Assembly: GCA_963663895.2 (NCBI GenBank)
Contig: CAXXRD010000002.1
Span: 96,001 to 160,000 of the forward strand
Direction of reading: 5' to 3'
Length of the DNA: 64,000 bases
From: Dehalococcoidia bacterium
GTDB lineage: Bacteria; Chloroflexota; Dehalococcoidia; Bin125
Part shown: in pieces, positions 28,883 through 38,970 of the stretch
Position numbering within the stretch: the first letter of the stretch is position 1
How the letters are laid out: each line of letters starts with the position of its first letter
Program-made: the position numbers and the translations under genes
Notes under the pieces: model-generated
The model's database searches: none
Seen by the model: the letters and a program-made list of their open reading frames with translations, nothing else
Told to the model about the DNA's origin: nothing

Positions 28883-28978
28883 TTACTTCTTCGGCTTCCG
28901 TACGCCGCCGCCCTTCACGATCGCCTGCATCACCTGCTGGGGCGTCGCCTTGATGCGGAGGTCTTTGATCTTCGGCAT
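28883..28978 (-). CDS. 31-aa peptide MPKIKDLRIKATPQQVMQAIVKGGGVRKPKK inside the IS
   Basis: ATG..TAA ORF below the track cutoff with GC3-rich codons; co-oriented with the cargo genes. Confidence 0.45.
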   Translation of the reverse strand: MPKIKDLRIKATPQQVMQAIVKGGGVRKPKK

Positions 28979-29010
28979 GGCAACTCTCAGGTTACTACCA
29001 GAGGCGCGCG

Positions 29011-29409
29011 TCAGAAACAGTCAGCACCACGGAAGCGGACCGACCCAGTGAAAGGATCGAGCCGCACAGAGCAGGTGATGACCTGGTCATCACCATCGAA
29101 GAGGAATGATTCTTCCGCGCAGCGAGATGCTGGACGATCGCAGCGCACCGCCACGACGAACTCAAAGATATCGTCGTCTGTCTCGCGGTAGCGCCAGGTC
29201 TCTTGCTGATCAGAGCAATCGGTCTCAGGGGACGCCAGAGTAACGTCCTCCTGGACGTTTTCGAGGACAAGCCCGACAGCAGCACGGCAGCCATCAGCGG
29301 CGGTGAAGTCATCGAAGAGGACAGAGTCACCACCACCGCAGGCCAAGACTGTGACGCTACCTAGACAGGCGATCACCCCGAGCAGCGCTACTTTAATTCG
29401 CTGAGACAT
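29011..29409 (-). CDS. Putative Cys-rich lipoprotein (IS cargo)
   Basis: Basic N-terminus, hydrophobic stretch, VLAC-GGG lipobox, six further Cys. Confidence 0.55.
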   Translation of the reverse strand: MSQRIKVALLGVIACLGSVTVLACGGGDSVLFDDFTAADGCRAAVGLVLENVQEDVTLASPETDCSDQQETWRYRETDDDIFEFVVAVRCDRPASRCAEESFLFDGDDQVITCSVRLDPFTGSVRFRGADCF

Positions 29410-29554
29410 AGGTATCCCCTTACCGCGCGAGCGGGCGGCACACTACGGGATCACCTGTAGGCGGTCAATGCTACTATTGTCTATAACTACCTAAAACAGA
29501 CGGCCGGCGCGACCTCTGCTACACTGGTCGCGAAACCGAAAGCGTGTTTCGCTG

Positions 29555-29580
29555 AAGGTGGGCTGGAGCCCACCTTTTTT
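29555..29580 (+). terminator. Leader hairpin/attenuator of the nusA-infB operon (rimP-leader type)
   Basis: AAGGTGGGC-TGGA-GCCCACCTT followed by a T-tract, ~65 nt before nusA. Confidence 0.75.
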
Positions 29581-29645
29581 GATACCACGTTCGAATGGAG
29601 CGCCAGGGCGGCGCGGCGAGCGCAAGCGTCGAGAGGACTTGACCG

Positions 29646-31169
29646 ATGGCACAACTGAATACGGATGCGACCAAGACGGGCACGGCTGCCGCAGCAGCGC
29701 CACCCGCGCCCGCAACACTTCCGCCCGACTTCCTCACCGCGATCACCACCCTGACGGCAGAAAAAAACCTGCCGGAGCCCGTCGTCTTCGAAGCGGTCGA
29801 GTCCGCACTCGCCGCCGCCTATAAGCGCGACTACAACATCCGCGGCGATGTCAAGGTCCAGATCGACCGAGTATCGGGCGCGCTCAAGGTCTGGTCCCAG
29901 ATCGAAGTCGTCGAGATCGAAGAGGACATCGCCGACCCCGATCTACAGATCGAGCACGAGGCCGCCCTCAATATCCAGCCGGATATCCAAATCGGGCAGC
30001 TGCTCATCCAAGACCACACGGTGGGCGTCGCCGGACGTATCGCCGCGCAGACCGCGAAGCAAGTGGTCTTGCAGCGCCTCCGCGAAGCGGAGCGCGAGGT
30101 CGTCTTCGACGAGTACTCCGGCCAGGAAGGCGACATCCTCTCGGGCGTTGTCCAACGGCTCGAGTCCCGCCAAGTGATCGTCGATCTCGGCCGGACCGAG
30201 GCCGTGCTCCCGCCCTCCGAGCAAATCCGCATGGAACACTACCGGCCCGGCCAGCGCATCCGCGTCTACCTCCTAGAGGTGCTCATGGGCACCAAAGGCC
30301 CTCAGGTCGTCGTCTCCCGCACCCATAAGAACCTGATCAAACGCCTCTTCGAGCTCGAGGTCCCCGAGATCTTCCGCGGCCAAGTGGAGGTCAAGGGGAT
30401 CGCGCGGGAGCCCGGGCACCGCACTAAGGTCGCCGTGCACAGCCACCGAGACGGGCTCGACCCTGTTGGCGCCTGCGTCGGCATGCGCGGCATACGCATC
30501 CAAAACGTCGTCAACGAACTGCAAGGCGAGCGCATCGACGTCATCCAGTGGGACCCGGACCCGCGCCGTTACGTCGCGCATGCGCTCAGCCCGGCCCAAG
30601 TACTCGCCGTGCGGTTACTGCCAGACAGCAACACCGCCGAGGTGGCCGTGCCGAACAAGCAGCTCTCGCTCGCCATCGGCAAGGAAGGACAAAACGCGCG
30701 GCTGGCCGCCCGCCTCACCGGTCTGCGTATCGATATCAAGCCGCAATCACTCGCCGAGAAGCTGGCCAAAGAAGGGCTGGGCCCTCTCGCACCTCAGCCC
30801 GAGCTACCGAAGCCGGTGGTGCCCACGCCGACTACGGTCAAAGCCCAGCCCGCCGCCGTCACGCCTGAGCCCGCCACCGCCGCAACGGCAGACCCCGCCC
30901 CCGCGCGGCGCGAGCTGCCGCTCCAGGAACCCGAAGAGCCCGTCATCGAAGAGAAAGAAGAGGAAGAAGAGGAGATCGAGCCCGCCGCCGCCGAACTCGA
31001 AGTCGCGGCCCCGCCACCCAGCGAGCCCGGCAAGATCCGCTTCGCGGAGGAGGTACTGGCGCGCCCCACCCTGGAAACCAAGCAGAAGAAGCGGCGTAAG
31101 ATCCGCTACGTGGAGACCGACGAGGGTCTCGACGAAGATCCCTACGCGGACTACGCCGCAGAGGAGTAG
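29646..31169 (+). CDS. nusA: Transcription termination/antitermination factor NusA
   Basis: [12 protein letters not shown]1 and KH domains, [30 protein letters not shown]; acidic tail. Confidence 0.96.
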   Translation: MAQLNTDATKTGTAAAAAPPAPATLPPDFLTAITTLTAEKNLPEPVVFEAVESALAAAYKRDYNIRGDVKVQIDRVSGALKVWSQIEVVEIEEDIADPDLQIEHEAALNIQPDIQIGQLLIQDHTVGVAGRIAAQTAKQVVLQRLREAEREVVFDEYSGQEGDILSGVVQRLESRQVIVDLGRTEAVLPPSEQIRMEHYRPGQRIRVYLLEVLMGTKGPQVVVSRTHKNLIKRLFELEVPEIFRGQVEVKGIAREPGHRTKVAVHSHRDGLDPVGACVGMRGIRIQNVVNELQGERIDVIQWDPDPRRYVAHALSPAQVLAVRLLPDSNTAEVAVPNKQLSLAIGKEGQNARLAARLTGLRIDIKPQSLAEKLAKEGLGPLAPQPELPKPVVPTPTTVKAQPAAVTPEPATAATADPAPARRELPLQEPEEPVIEEKEEEEEEIEPAAAELEVAAPPPSEPGKIRFAEEVLARPTLETKQKKRRKIRYVETDEGLDEDPYADYAAEE

Positions 31170-31176
31170 CAGCCGC

Positions 31177-31485
31177 GTGACGGCGCGGCGAGGGAAACGC
31201 GTACCGCAGCGTACCTGCGTGGGCTGTCGCCGCACGGCCCCGCAGCAGGCATTCGTGCGCGTGGTCCGCACGGCCGAGAGGATGGTCCTCGTTGATCAAG
31301 AAGAGCGTACCGCCGGCCGCGGCGCTTATCTGTGTCCCAAGGCGGCCTGTTGGGAAAGGGCGCTCAAAGGCCGACGCCTGGCCAACGCTCTCCGCACTAC
31401 ACTGAGCAACGTCGAACAGGAGCGGCTACGGCGAATCGGGGCGAACTTCCCAGCCCCAGAGACCGGGCAGGGCGATGACGACTGA
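31177..31485 (+). CDS. ylxR: YlxR/RnpM family RNA-binding protein
   Basis: PQRTCVGCR, GRGAYLC. Confidence 0.9.
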   Translation: MTARRGKRVPQRTCVGCRRTAPQQAFVRVVRTAERMVLVDQEERTAGRGAYLCPKAACWERALKGRRLANALRTTLSNVEQERLRRIGANFPAPETGQGDDD

Positions 31486-33292
31486 CGCCAAGCACACCGA
31501 AAAGCAGCGCGTACAGATCCCGCGTGCCCTCACCGTGCGCGAGCTCGGCGAGCTGTTGGGCGTCAGCGGCGTGACGGTCGTCAAGGCCCTCATCACCCAC
31601 GGCCTGATGGCCGACGTCACCAAGACCATCGACTTCGAAACCGCCGCCAAAGTCGCCACAGACCTCGGCCTCGAGCCCATTGAGCACAGTGAAATCGTCG
31701 AGGAGGTTCAAGCGCCCAGCATCTTCGCCGAAGAAGCCGATGATCCGGCCGCGCTCAAGCCACGCTCCCCCGTCGTAGCGATGTTGGGGCACGTCGACCA
31801 TGGTAAAACCAGCTTGCTCGATCAGATCCGCGACACCCACACCGCCAGCGGTGAGGCCGGCGGCATCACCCAGCATATCGGCGCTTACCAAGCCTCGGTT
31901 CGTGGCAACCGCATCACTTTTCTGGATACTCCCGGTCACGAGGCCTTCACGCAGATGCGTGCCCGCGGTGCCGAGGCAACCGACATCGCCATTCTCGTCG
32001 TCGCCGCCGACGACGGCGTCATGCCTCAGACCATCGAAGCGATCAACCACATCCGCGCCGCCGCGGTGCCGATGATCGTCGCGCTCACCAAGATCGATCT
32101 CGCGAACGCCGACCCCGACCGCGCCCAGCGGCAGCTCGCGGAGCACCAAGTTCTCATCGAGGCCTACGGCGGCGATATCCCCCTCGTCCCCGTCTCCGCA
32201 GTCACGAAGCAGGGGATCGACGACCTGCTGGAAACGATCGTCGCCCTCGCCGAGCTGGAGGAGCTCCGGGCGAACCCGGACCGCAACGCCGCCGGGATCG
32301 TGCTGGAGGCCGAGTTGGATCGCCGGCAGGGAACGCGTACCACCTTGCTGATACAGCGCGGCACCCTCAACGTCGGCGACCCCCTGCTCGTCGGCGACAC
32401 CTGGGGCAAGGTCAAAGCCCTGTTCGACTTCGCCGGCGCGCGCATCAAGACCGCAGGCCCATCGACCCCCGTCTCGATCCTGGGCGTCCAAGCAGTGGCC
32501 GTCGCCGGCGACCGCTTCCGTGTGGTGAAGAGTGAAAAGGTCGCGAAGGCCCAATACGAAGAGGCCAAGCGCGCGCGCGAGGCCGCAACCGCCCAAGTGC
32601 AGCACGCCGCCCGTCTGGATACTCTTTTCGGCGAGATCAGCAGCGGCGAGGCCAAGGAGCTCAATCTCGTCCTCAAAACGGACGTGCAGGGCAGCGTGGA
32701 CCCCATCCGCCAAAGTATTGAGCAGCTCTCCGCCGACACCGTGCATGTCAAGGTCATTCACGCCGCTGCCGGGGACGTGACCGAGTCGGACGTCAATCTC
32801 GCCCTGGCCGCCAAGGGGGTCATCATCGCTTTCAACGCGCGCGCCGCGCCCGGCGCCCAAAAGCTCGCCGAGAGCGAGGGTATCGAGATCCGCCAGTACG
32901 ACGTGATCTACAAGCTCGTGCAGGAAGTGGAAGCCGCGCTGACCGGCATGCTGGAGCCGGTCACCGTCACGGTGGTCGATGCCGAGGCCGAAGTCCTGCA
33001 AGTGTTCCCCATTCGCCGCCTCGGCAACATCGCCGGCAGCCGCCTGAATGAAGGCACCGTGCGTCGCGACCAGCGCGTACGCGTCTTCCGCGGGGAGCAA
33101 GAGCTCGCCACCGCTGCCATCGCCAGTCTCCGGCGCTTCCAAAACGACGTCCGTGAGATACAGACCGGGCAGGAGTTCGGCGTCGCCTTAGAGGGCTTCC
33201 AGGATTTCGAGTCGGGGGACCGTCTTGAGTTCTTCCACGAAGAGCAGCAGGCTCGCGTGATTCGACGCAAGCCCGCTCCCAGCCGAGTATGA
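31475..33292 (+). CDS. infB: Translation initiation factor IF-2
   Basis: GHVDHGKT, GGITQHIGA, DTPGHEAF, TKID. Confidence 0.97.
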   Translation: MTTDAKHTEKQRVQIPRALTVRELGELLGVSGVTVVKALITHGLMADVTKTIDFETAAKVATDLGLEPIEHSEIVEEVQAPSIFAEEADDPAALKPRSPVVAMLGHVDHGKTSLLDQIRDTHTASGEAGGITQHIGAYQASVRGNRITFLDTPGHEAFTQMRARGAEATDIAILVVAADDGVMPQTIEAINHIRAAAVPMIVALTKIDLANADPDRAQRQLAEHQVLIEAYGGDIPLVPVSAVTKQGIDDLLETIVALAELEELRANPDRNAAGIVLEAELDRRQGTRTTLLIQRGTLNVGDPLLVGDTWGKVKALFDFAGARIKTAGPSTPVSILGVQAVAVAGDRFRVVKSEKVAKAQYEEAKRAREAATAQVQHAARLDTLFGEISSGEAKELNLVLKTDVQGSVDPIRQSIEQLSADTVHVKVIHAAAGDVTESDVNLALAAKGVIIAFNARAAPGAQKLAESEGIEIRQYDVIYKLVQEVEAALTGMLEPVTVTVVDAEAEVLQVFPIRRLGNIAGSRLNEGTVRRDQRVRVFRGEQELATAAIASLRRFQNDVREIQTGQEFGVALEGFQDFESGDRLEFFHEEQQARVIRRKPAPSRV

Positions 33293-33295
33293 GCG

Positions 33296-33679
33296 GTGTC
33301 GCGCCGCAGCGAACGCCTCAACGACCTGTTGCGCGAGCTCATCGCGGAGATAATCGCGCGCGAGCTCAAGGACCCTCGCCTCCAACTCGATCTGCTCTCC
33401 GTCACCGAAGTCCAGATCTCCCCGGACTTCCGCCACGCGCGAGTGCACGTCTCCATCCTGGGATCGGAGGCGGAGCAAGCCGCCGCGATCGACGCGCTTA
33501 ACCGCGGCAGCGCCTTTATCCGCCGACAGCTCAAACCCCGTCTCACGCTCAAGTCCATCCCCTCGCTGCGCTTCGAGCACGACGAGCGCCTCCGCCGCGA
33601 CCAGGAAATGCTCCAATTCATCGACCAAGTCGGCCAAGCGGACCGCGCCACCCGCACCGGCCCGGCTGCCGCCAGATGA
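33296..33679 (+). CDS. rbfA: Ribosome-binding factor A
   Basis: ELKDPRL, VTEVQISPDFRHARV, IPSLRFEHD. Confidence 0.93.
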   Translation: MSRRSERLNDLLRELIAEIIARELKDPRLQLDLLSVTEVQISPDFRHARVHVSILGSEAEQAAAIDALNRGSAFIRRQLKPRLTLKSIPSLRFEHDERLRRDQEMLQFIDQVGQADRATRTGPAAAR

Positions 33680-34611
33680 GCGCTGATCCCGCACCCCGCG
33701 CGAGCGGCCAACGCCCTCCCGCCGCGCTCTTTCTGATCGACAAGCCCGCTGGCCCCACCTCGCACGACATCGTCAACCAACTGCGCCGACTTACCGGCGT
33801 GCGGCGCATTGGCCACGCCGGTACGCTCGATCCTCTGGCAACCGGACTCCTCCCGCTCTTCGTTGGGCCGGCCACGCGCCTGATCGAATACCTCGCGGCC
33901 TATCCCAAGCGCTACACCGCCCGCCTGCGGCTCGGCATCAGCACCGACACCGACGACGCCCACGGCGATGTCATCGCCGAAGCGCCCGTGCCGCCCTTAA
34001 CGCACGCGCAGATCGACGCCGCCGCCATGCCCTTCCGCGGCGCGATCTCTCAAGTGCCGCCGACTTTCAGCGCCGTCAAGGTGAAGGGCGTAGTGGCGCA
34101 TCGCGCCGCCCGCCGTGGCGACCCACTGCCCCTGCAGGCGCGCGCGGTGACCGTCCACGCGCTTACCATCGACGACTGGCAGCCACCGGAACTCCGCATC
34201 GCCGTGACCTGCAGCACCGGAACGTACGTCCGCGCCATCGCACGCGACCTCGGCGCGGCCCTGGGCTGCGGCGCGCATCTCGTCGAGATGCGGCGCACCG
34301 CCATCGGCGCGGTCAGCACCGATGAGGCGATCACACCCGACGCGCTCGAAGCAGCCTTCGCAGCCGCGACCGGCTGGGAGCACGCCGTACCCCTCGACCG
34401 TTTCTTCGAAGACTGGCAGCGCGTCGTCCTTGCCGACGATCAAGTCACGCGCCTGATACAAGGCCAGCCGCTACACATCCAGCCGCGCGAGGATCACGGA
34501 TCACATCTGTTGGCCAAGGATCGTGCAGGCCGGGTAGTCGCCGTGCTCGCTGCGGCCTCATCTGGATCCGGCCTCTGGCGGCCCGCGAAGGTCCTGCGCG
34601 TGACGGGGTAG
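33676..34611 (+). CDS. truB: tRNA pseudouridine(55) synthase
   Basis: DKPAGPTSHD, GHAGTLDPLATG, CSTGTYVR. Confidence 0.95.
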   Translation: MSADPAPRASGQRPPAALFLIDKPAGPTSHDIVNQLRRLTGVRRIGHAGTLDPLATGLLPLFVGPATRLIEYLAAYPKRYTARLRLGISTDTDDAHGDVIAEAPVPPLTHAQIDAAAMPFRGAISQVPPTFSAVKVKGVVAHRAARRGDPLPLQARAVTVHALTIDDWQPPELRIAVTCSTGTYVRAIARDLGAALGCGAHLVEMRRTAIGAVSTDEAITPDALEAAFAAATGWEHAVPLDRFFEDWQRVVLADDQVTRLIQGQPLHIQPREDHGSHLLAKDRAGRVVAVLAAASSGSGLWRPAKVLRVTG

Positions 34612-34623
34612 GGCGTCTGACGG

Positions 34624-34947
34624 CTACCCCTGCCTTGCGTGGTCTCCCGTCGCCTCCGGCTCGGTCAGCGGCAGCTCAAAGAGCAGCGCCAGCGCGTCCT
34701 CCTCAGCACGAAGCGAATATCGGGACCCGGCGAGCAGCAGGACCCCTTCTCCAGGCCCAAGGACGGCGTCATCATCGTCTGTCCCAACTTTGAGCCGTCC
34801 GTTGACCGCGATGAGCGCGGTGGCGCTCGTCGCGCAGCGGTCAAGAACGGTCGCGCCCGCGGGGACCCTTAAGCCGGCCGCGCGCAGCGCGCCGGGGAGG
34901 CTGCTGGGCTCGCCAGCGCTGGTCGTGCGGATGCGCTGCAATGGCAC
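34624..34947 (-). CDS. Small cupin-like protein
   Basis: VNGRLKV..LGPGEGVLLLAG..YSLRAEEDA pattern; metal-binding His residues not evident. Confidence 0.55.
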   Translation of the reverse strand: MPLQRIRTTSAGEPSSLPGALRAAGLRVPAGATVLDRCATSATALIAVNGRLKVGTDDDDAVLGPGEGVLLLAGSRYSLRAEEDALALLFELPLTEPEATGDHARQG

Positions 34948-34962
34948 GGTCTGAGCCGGCCT

Positions 34963-35217
34963 CTAGACGACGCCCTGATCCTCAAGGTAAGTGAGGATAT
35001 CCTCCACAGTCCGCATCTCCGCAGCGATCTCCTCCGTGATCTCGATCGGGTGCTCGTCGCTTGAGAACTCCTCTTCGATCGCGATCGAGAGATCCACCAC
35101 GTCCAGCGAGTCCGCTCCCAGGTCATCGATCAAGCTCGACTCCAACGTAACCCGCTCCGAGGAGATCCGGAGTTGCTCCGCGACGATCGCGATTAGCTGA
35201 TCAGACGTACCACTCAT
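34963..35217 (-). CDS. acpP: Acyl carrier protein
   Basis: [10 protein letters not shown]. Confidence 0.93.
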   Translation of the reverse strand: MSGTSDQLIAIVAEQLRISSERVTLESSLIDDLGADSLDVVDLSIAIEEEFSSDEHPIEITEEIAAEMRTVEDILTYLEDQGVV

Positions 35218-35239
35218 CCCGAAATCTCTGCATCAGCGA

Positions 35240-36502
35240 TTAGCCGTCGACTCGTGCCAGTGCCACGACGGCGTTCTGCCCTCCGAATCCAAAGCCGTTC
35301 GCGAGAGCGGCGCGCACACCCGCTGCACGGCTCCGGCGTGCAACATAGTCAAGGTCGCAGTCGGGGTCAGGGGTGTCAAGATTGATCGTCGGCGGCAGGA
35401 ACTGTCTCTCAAGAGCAAGCGCAGTCGCTGTCACGGAGACCGCGCCCGCCGCACCCATCAGGTGCCCCGTCAAGCTCTTGGGAGAGCTAACGGCTAGACG
35501 GTAAGCGTACTCTCCGAATACCTGTTTGATCGCTTTCGTCTCCGCCGCATCGTTCAGGACCGTCCCAGTTCCATGTGCACAGACGTAGTCGACCGCTGTC
35601 GGCGGCAGCTGCGCTGCCTGCAACGCGCGCGCCATCGCGCGCGCGGCCCCTTCGCCTTCCGGATCGGGCGCACTGATATGGTACGCGTCGGCGCAGCGGC
35701 CGCCGCCCAGCACTTCCGCGTAAATACGCGCGTCGCGGGCACGCGCCGCCGCCAGCGTCTCCAATACGCAAACCGCCGCCCCTTCGCCAATCACGAAGCC
35801 ATCCCGATCCTTATCGAACGGACGGGAAGCGCGCGCCGGTTCGTCGTTGCGACGCGAGAGCGCGTGCATATTGGCCAGCGCACTCACGCCGAGGGGCGAG
35901 ATACTCGCCTCCGCGCCGCCCGCCAGCACCAGTTCGGCCTCGCCGCGCTGGATCAAATGGGCGCCGTCGATGAAGGCCGTGACAGAGCTGGCGCAGGCCG
36001 CCACCGACGCGATCACCGGCCCCCGCAGTCCCAGCTCGATCGACACCTGACAGGCGGCCATGTTGGGCGCCATGGTCGGGACGAAGAAAGCGCTCGCCCG
36101 CCCTACGCCGCGGCGCGCGGCTAGCTCTTGCTCCTCAAGGACCGTGTTGACCCCGCCGCCGCCGGTGTTCACTACCACGCCGGCACGATCCGGATCGAGC
36201 CCCGCCTGATCGAGCCCGGCATCCGCCAGCGCCAAGTGCGACGCCGCGACCGCGAACTGCGAGAAGCGCGCCATCCGCTTGGCAGCCTTGGCGGACATAT
36301 ACCGCTCCGGGGCGAAGTCGTTCACCTCTGCCGCGATGCGTACCTTGAGGTCGCTCGCATCAAAGCTGCGAATGGGCGCTACCCCGGAGCGGCCCTCCCG
36401 CAAACTCGCTCCGAAAGCGGCGACCCCCGTGCCGATGGGCGTCACGGGCCCGATACCGGTGATCACCACACGGGGCAGGGCCCCGCTATGCTCAGGCACC
36501 AT
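35240..36502 (-). CDS. fabF: Beta-ketoacyl-ACP synthase II
   Basis: AACASS, AHGTGT, KSLTGH, NGFGFGGQN. Confidence 0.93.
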   Translation of the reverse strand: MVPEHSGALPRVVITGIGPVTPIGTGVAAFGASLREGRSGVAPIRSFDASDLKVRIAAEVNDFAPERYMSAKAAKRMARFSQFAVAASHLALADAGLDQAGLDPDRAGVVVNTGGGGVNTVLEEQELAARRGVGRASAFFVPTMAPNMAACQVSIELGLRGPVIASVAACASSVTAFIDGAHLIQRGEAELVLAGGAEASISPLGVSALANMHALSRRNDEPARASRPFDKDRDGFVIGEGAAVCVLETLAAARARDARIYAEVLGGGRCADAYHISAPDPEGEGAARAMARALQAAQLPPTAVDYVCAHGTGTVLNDAAETKAIKQVFGEYAYRLAVSSPKSLTGHLMGAAGAVSVTATALALERQFLPPTINLDTPDPDCDLDYVARRSRAAGVRAALANGFGFGGQNAVVALARVDG

Positions 36503-37736
36503 TCCAGCGTCGCAAAAGCACAGCGGCGTTGTGGCCGCCTAATCCAACCGACGTGGAGATCGCGGCCTCCAACTGCACTTCCCGCGCCTCATTGGGCACG
36601 CAGTCGATGTCGCAGGCGGGATCGTAGGTTTCGTAATTGAGGGTGGGCGGGATCAGGCCTCGCTTCAACGCCAACGCGACCACGGCGCATTCCAAGGCCC
36701 CGCTGGCGCTCATCATGTGTCCCGTCGCCGCCTTGATGGAAGAAACCAGCATCTCCTGCGCGTGCGGCCCGAAAATCTCCTTGATCGCGCGCGTCTCCAC
36801 GCGATCGTTGAGCTGCGTCGCGGTGCCGTGCGTGTTGACGTAGCCCACGCGCTCCCCAGGCACGTCCGCTTCCCGTAGCGCCTGCCGGAGGGTGTTGCGC
36901 AACCCGCGAGCGCTTGCGTCGGAGGCCACCATGTCGTGTGCGTCGTTACTGCTACCGAACCCCAACACCTCCGCGTAGATCTCGGCGCCACGCGCCTCCG
37001 CCCGGCCGAGCTCCTCAAGAATCAAGGCACAGCCGCCCTCGCCGGGCACAAAGCCCTTCCGGTGCAGATCAAAAGGACGACAAGCAGCCGCCGGCGGCTC
37101 GGTCTCCGGCGCCAGCACCCCCATCATCTCGAAGCAGGCATGAAGGAACGGCAGCACAACGGCCTCCGATCCCCCCACGATCATCGCATCGGCCCGGCCG
37201 AGCTTGATCGTCGAAAACCCGTCGCCCACGGCGTTGGTGCCGGTGGCGCAGGCGCTGGTCGGGGAATAATTCGGGCCCAGCGCGCCCGTTTGGATCGCGA
37301 TGTGGCCGCTGGCCGCGTCCGCGATGAAATTCGACATGGCGAACGGCGACACGCGCCGCGGACCCCGCTGCCGGAAAGCCTCGTACCAGCGGAAGATGGT
37401 CGCCATGCCGCCGCCGCCCGAGCCGAAAATCACGCCGACGCGCTCGCGCTCCTCCTCCTTGATGCTCAGACCAGCATCGGCCAGCGCCTCCAGTGCGGCA
37501 GCGACCCCGAACTGGGAATTGCGATCCATATGCTTGAGCGCCTTGGCATCGATACCGGCGGGTGGCGCGAAGTCCTTGACCTCCGCCGCCACTTTCACTT
37601 TGAAGGCGCTGGCGTCGTAGGAGGCGATCGGAGCGACGCCGGATTCGCCGGCGAGCAGCTGTTCCCAAGTAGTCGGCATGTCCCGGCCGATCGGAGAGAC
37701 CGCGCCAAGACCCGTGACGACCACGCGCCGGGTCAC
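36492..37736 (-). CDS. fabF: Beta-ketoacyl-ACP synthase II (second copy)
   Basis: RVVVTGLG, SACATG, THGTAT, KAATGH. Confidence 0.92.
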   Translation of the reverse strand: MTRRVVVTGLGAVSPIGRDMPTTWEQLLAGESGVAPIASYDASAFKVKVAAEVKDFAPPAGIDAKALKHMDRNSQFGVAAALEALADAGLSIKEEERERVGVIFGSGGGGMATIFRWYEAFRQRGPRRVSPFAMSNFIADAASGHIAIQTGALGPNYSPTSACATGTNAVGDGFSTIKLGRADAMIVGGSEAVVLPFLHACFEMMGVLAPETEPPAAACRPFDLHRKGFVPGEGGCALILEELGRAEARGAEIYAEVLGFGSSNDAHDMVASDASARGLRNTLRQALREADVPGERVGYVNTHGTATQLNDRVETRAIKEIFGPHAQEMLVSSIKAATGHMMSASGALECAVVALALKRGLIPPTLNYETYDPACDIDCVPNEAREVQLEAAISTSVGLGGHNAAVLLRRWNGA

Positions 37737-37749
37737 AGCCCCCCCACCC

Positions 37750-38754
37750 TCACTTAGGAATGCCGCTAGTGTCCGGATAGTCGCGGCGCGCGAGCCCTGC
37801 TTCTTCGTCGGAGAGCGGAAACGTCCACGCCTTCCGGGAGATACGGCGTACGAGCTTCGAGAGCACATCACCAGGCCCCGCCTCCACGAAGAGGCAGGCG
37901 CCGTCGCTTGACATCGAACGCACCACCCTATCCCACTCAACCGGAGCGCAGAGCGCGCCACCCAATTCGTTCACGATCTGACCCGGGGTCCGCAGCAGGT
38001 GAGCGTCGATGTTGCTGGTGACCGGCACGGCGGGATCGCGCCAGGGCATGCTCGACACGACCGCGCGGAACTCGCGCTGCGCACTCTCCATCAGCGGCGA
38101 ATGCGAGGCGATCGAGATCGGCAAGCGGACCGCCCGCTTGGCACCGACCTCTTCCGCCATACGCAAGACCTTCACCAACGCGCCCTCGTCGCCGGAAACC
38201 ACCGTGTGGCCAGGCCCATTGTCGTTCGCCACGACGAGCGTCCCCTCCGTGCACGCCTCTCCCACAATGGCGCGCACGATGCGGTCACGCAGGCCGATGA
38301 TGGACGCCATGCCGCCCGGTCGCTCGCGGTCGGCGTGGGCCATGATGCGGCCGCGCTCGCGGACGAGCATCAGACCGTGCTCGAAGCCAAGCGCACCCGC
38401 CGCCACCAACGCGGTAATCTGGCCCATGCTGTGCCCCGACATCGCCACGGGACGCAGGTCACGTCCGACCGCCTCCCAACTGGCGCGCAGCGCCTCGTAC
38501 CAAGCGATGCTGGCTGTGTAGATGGCGGGCTGGGAGTGTTCGGTGTCGCCGAGGAGAGCGTCGGGGCCTTGCTCCGTCAGCGCGAGGAGATCGTAACCGA
38601 GCAGCGCCGAGGCTTGTTCGTAGCGGGCGTGTGCCGCCGGGTGGATGCGCAGCACTTTGCCGGCCATTCCGACCGATTGCGACCCCTGCCCCGGAAAGAC
38701 GATGGCGACGGGAAGTTCCGGTTCAACACGCGCCGTTTGGCTGCTCAATTGCAC
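37750..38754 (-). CDS. fabD: Malonyl-CoA:ACP transacylase
   Basis: FPGQGSQ, SQPAI, GHSMG, ASHSPLM; GTG after GGAGG. Confidence 0.92.
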   Translation of the reverse strand: MQLSSQTARVEPELPVAIVFPGQGSQSVGMAGKVLRIHPAAHARYEQASALLGYDLLALTEQGPDALLGDTEHSQPAIYTASIAWYEALRASWEAVGRDLRPVAMSGHSMGQITALVAAGALGFEHGLMLVRERGRIMAHADRERPGGMASIIGLRDRIVRAIVGEACTEGTLVVANDNGPGHTVVSGDEGALVKVLRMAEEVGAKRAVRLPISIASHSPLMESAQREFRAVVSSMPWRDPAVPVTSNIDAHLLRTPGQIVNELGGALCAPVEWDRVVRSMSSDGACLFVEAGPGDVLSKLVRRISRKAWTFPLSDEEAGLARRDYPDTSGIPK

Positions 38755-38970
38755 TGCCTCCACCGCACGGCTCGCTCGCGGCCACTCTAGTGTGCGGCAC
38801 GATAACACGCGCCCAATACCCTCTCAATCAAGCAGCGCCGCTGCCGATCGGACGCGAGTCCCCCGTGCAGGATACACCGTTCCGTCCGGTGTACAGCGTC
38901 CCAAGCCTCCGCTAGACAGGACCACACCGGAGGCAGGGCTCGTGCCGCCAGGCACCGATCACGCTGCGAG

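Larger units (their letters stand above)
26920..29491. mobile_element. IS1595-family transposon with passenger genes (2572 bp)
   Basis: Perfect 23-bp TIRs GGTAGTTATAGACAATAGTAGCA (26920-26942 and reverse complement 29469-29491); 8-bp TSD TAAAACAG (26912-26919, 29492-29499). Confidence 0.95.

Noticed and set aside
30780-31169. Pro/Glu-rich low-complexity NusA tail with GAA repeats
   Set aside because: Disordered acidic C-terminal extensions are common in NusA; no evidence of a separate element
35240-37736. Tandem ketosynthases as a type II PKS KS/chain-length-factor pair
   Set aside because: Both retain the active-site Cys and both His residues; no cyclase or aromatase genes; context is fabG/fabD/acp
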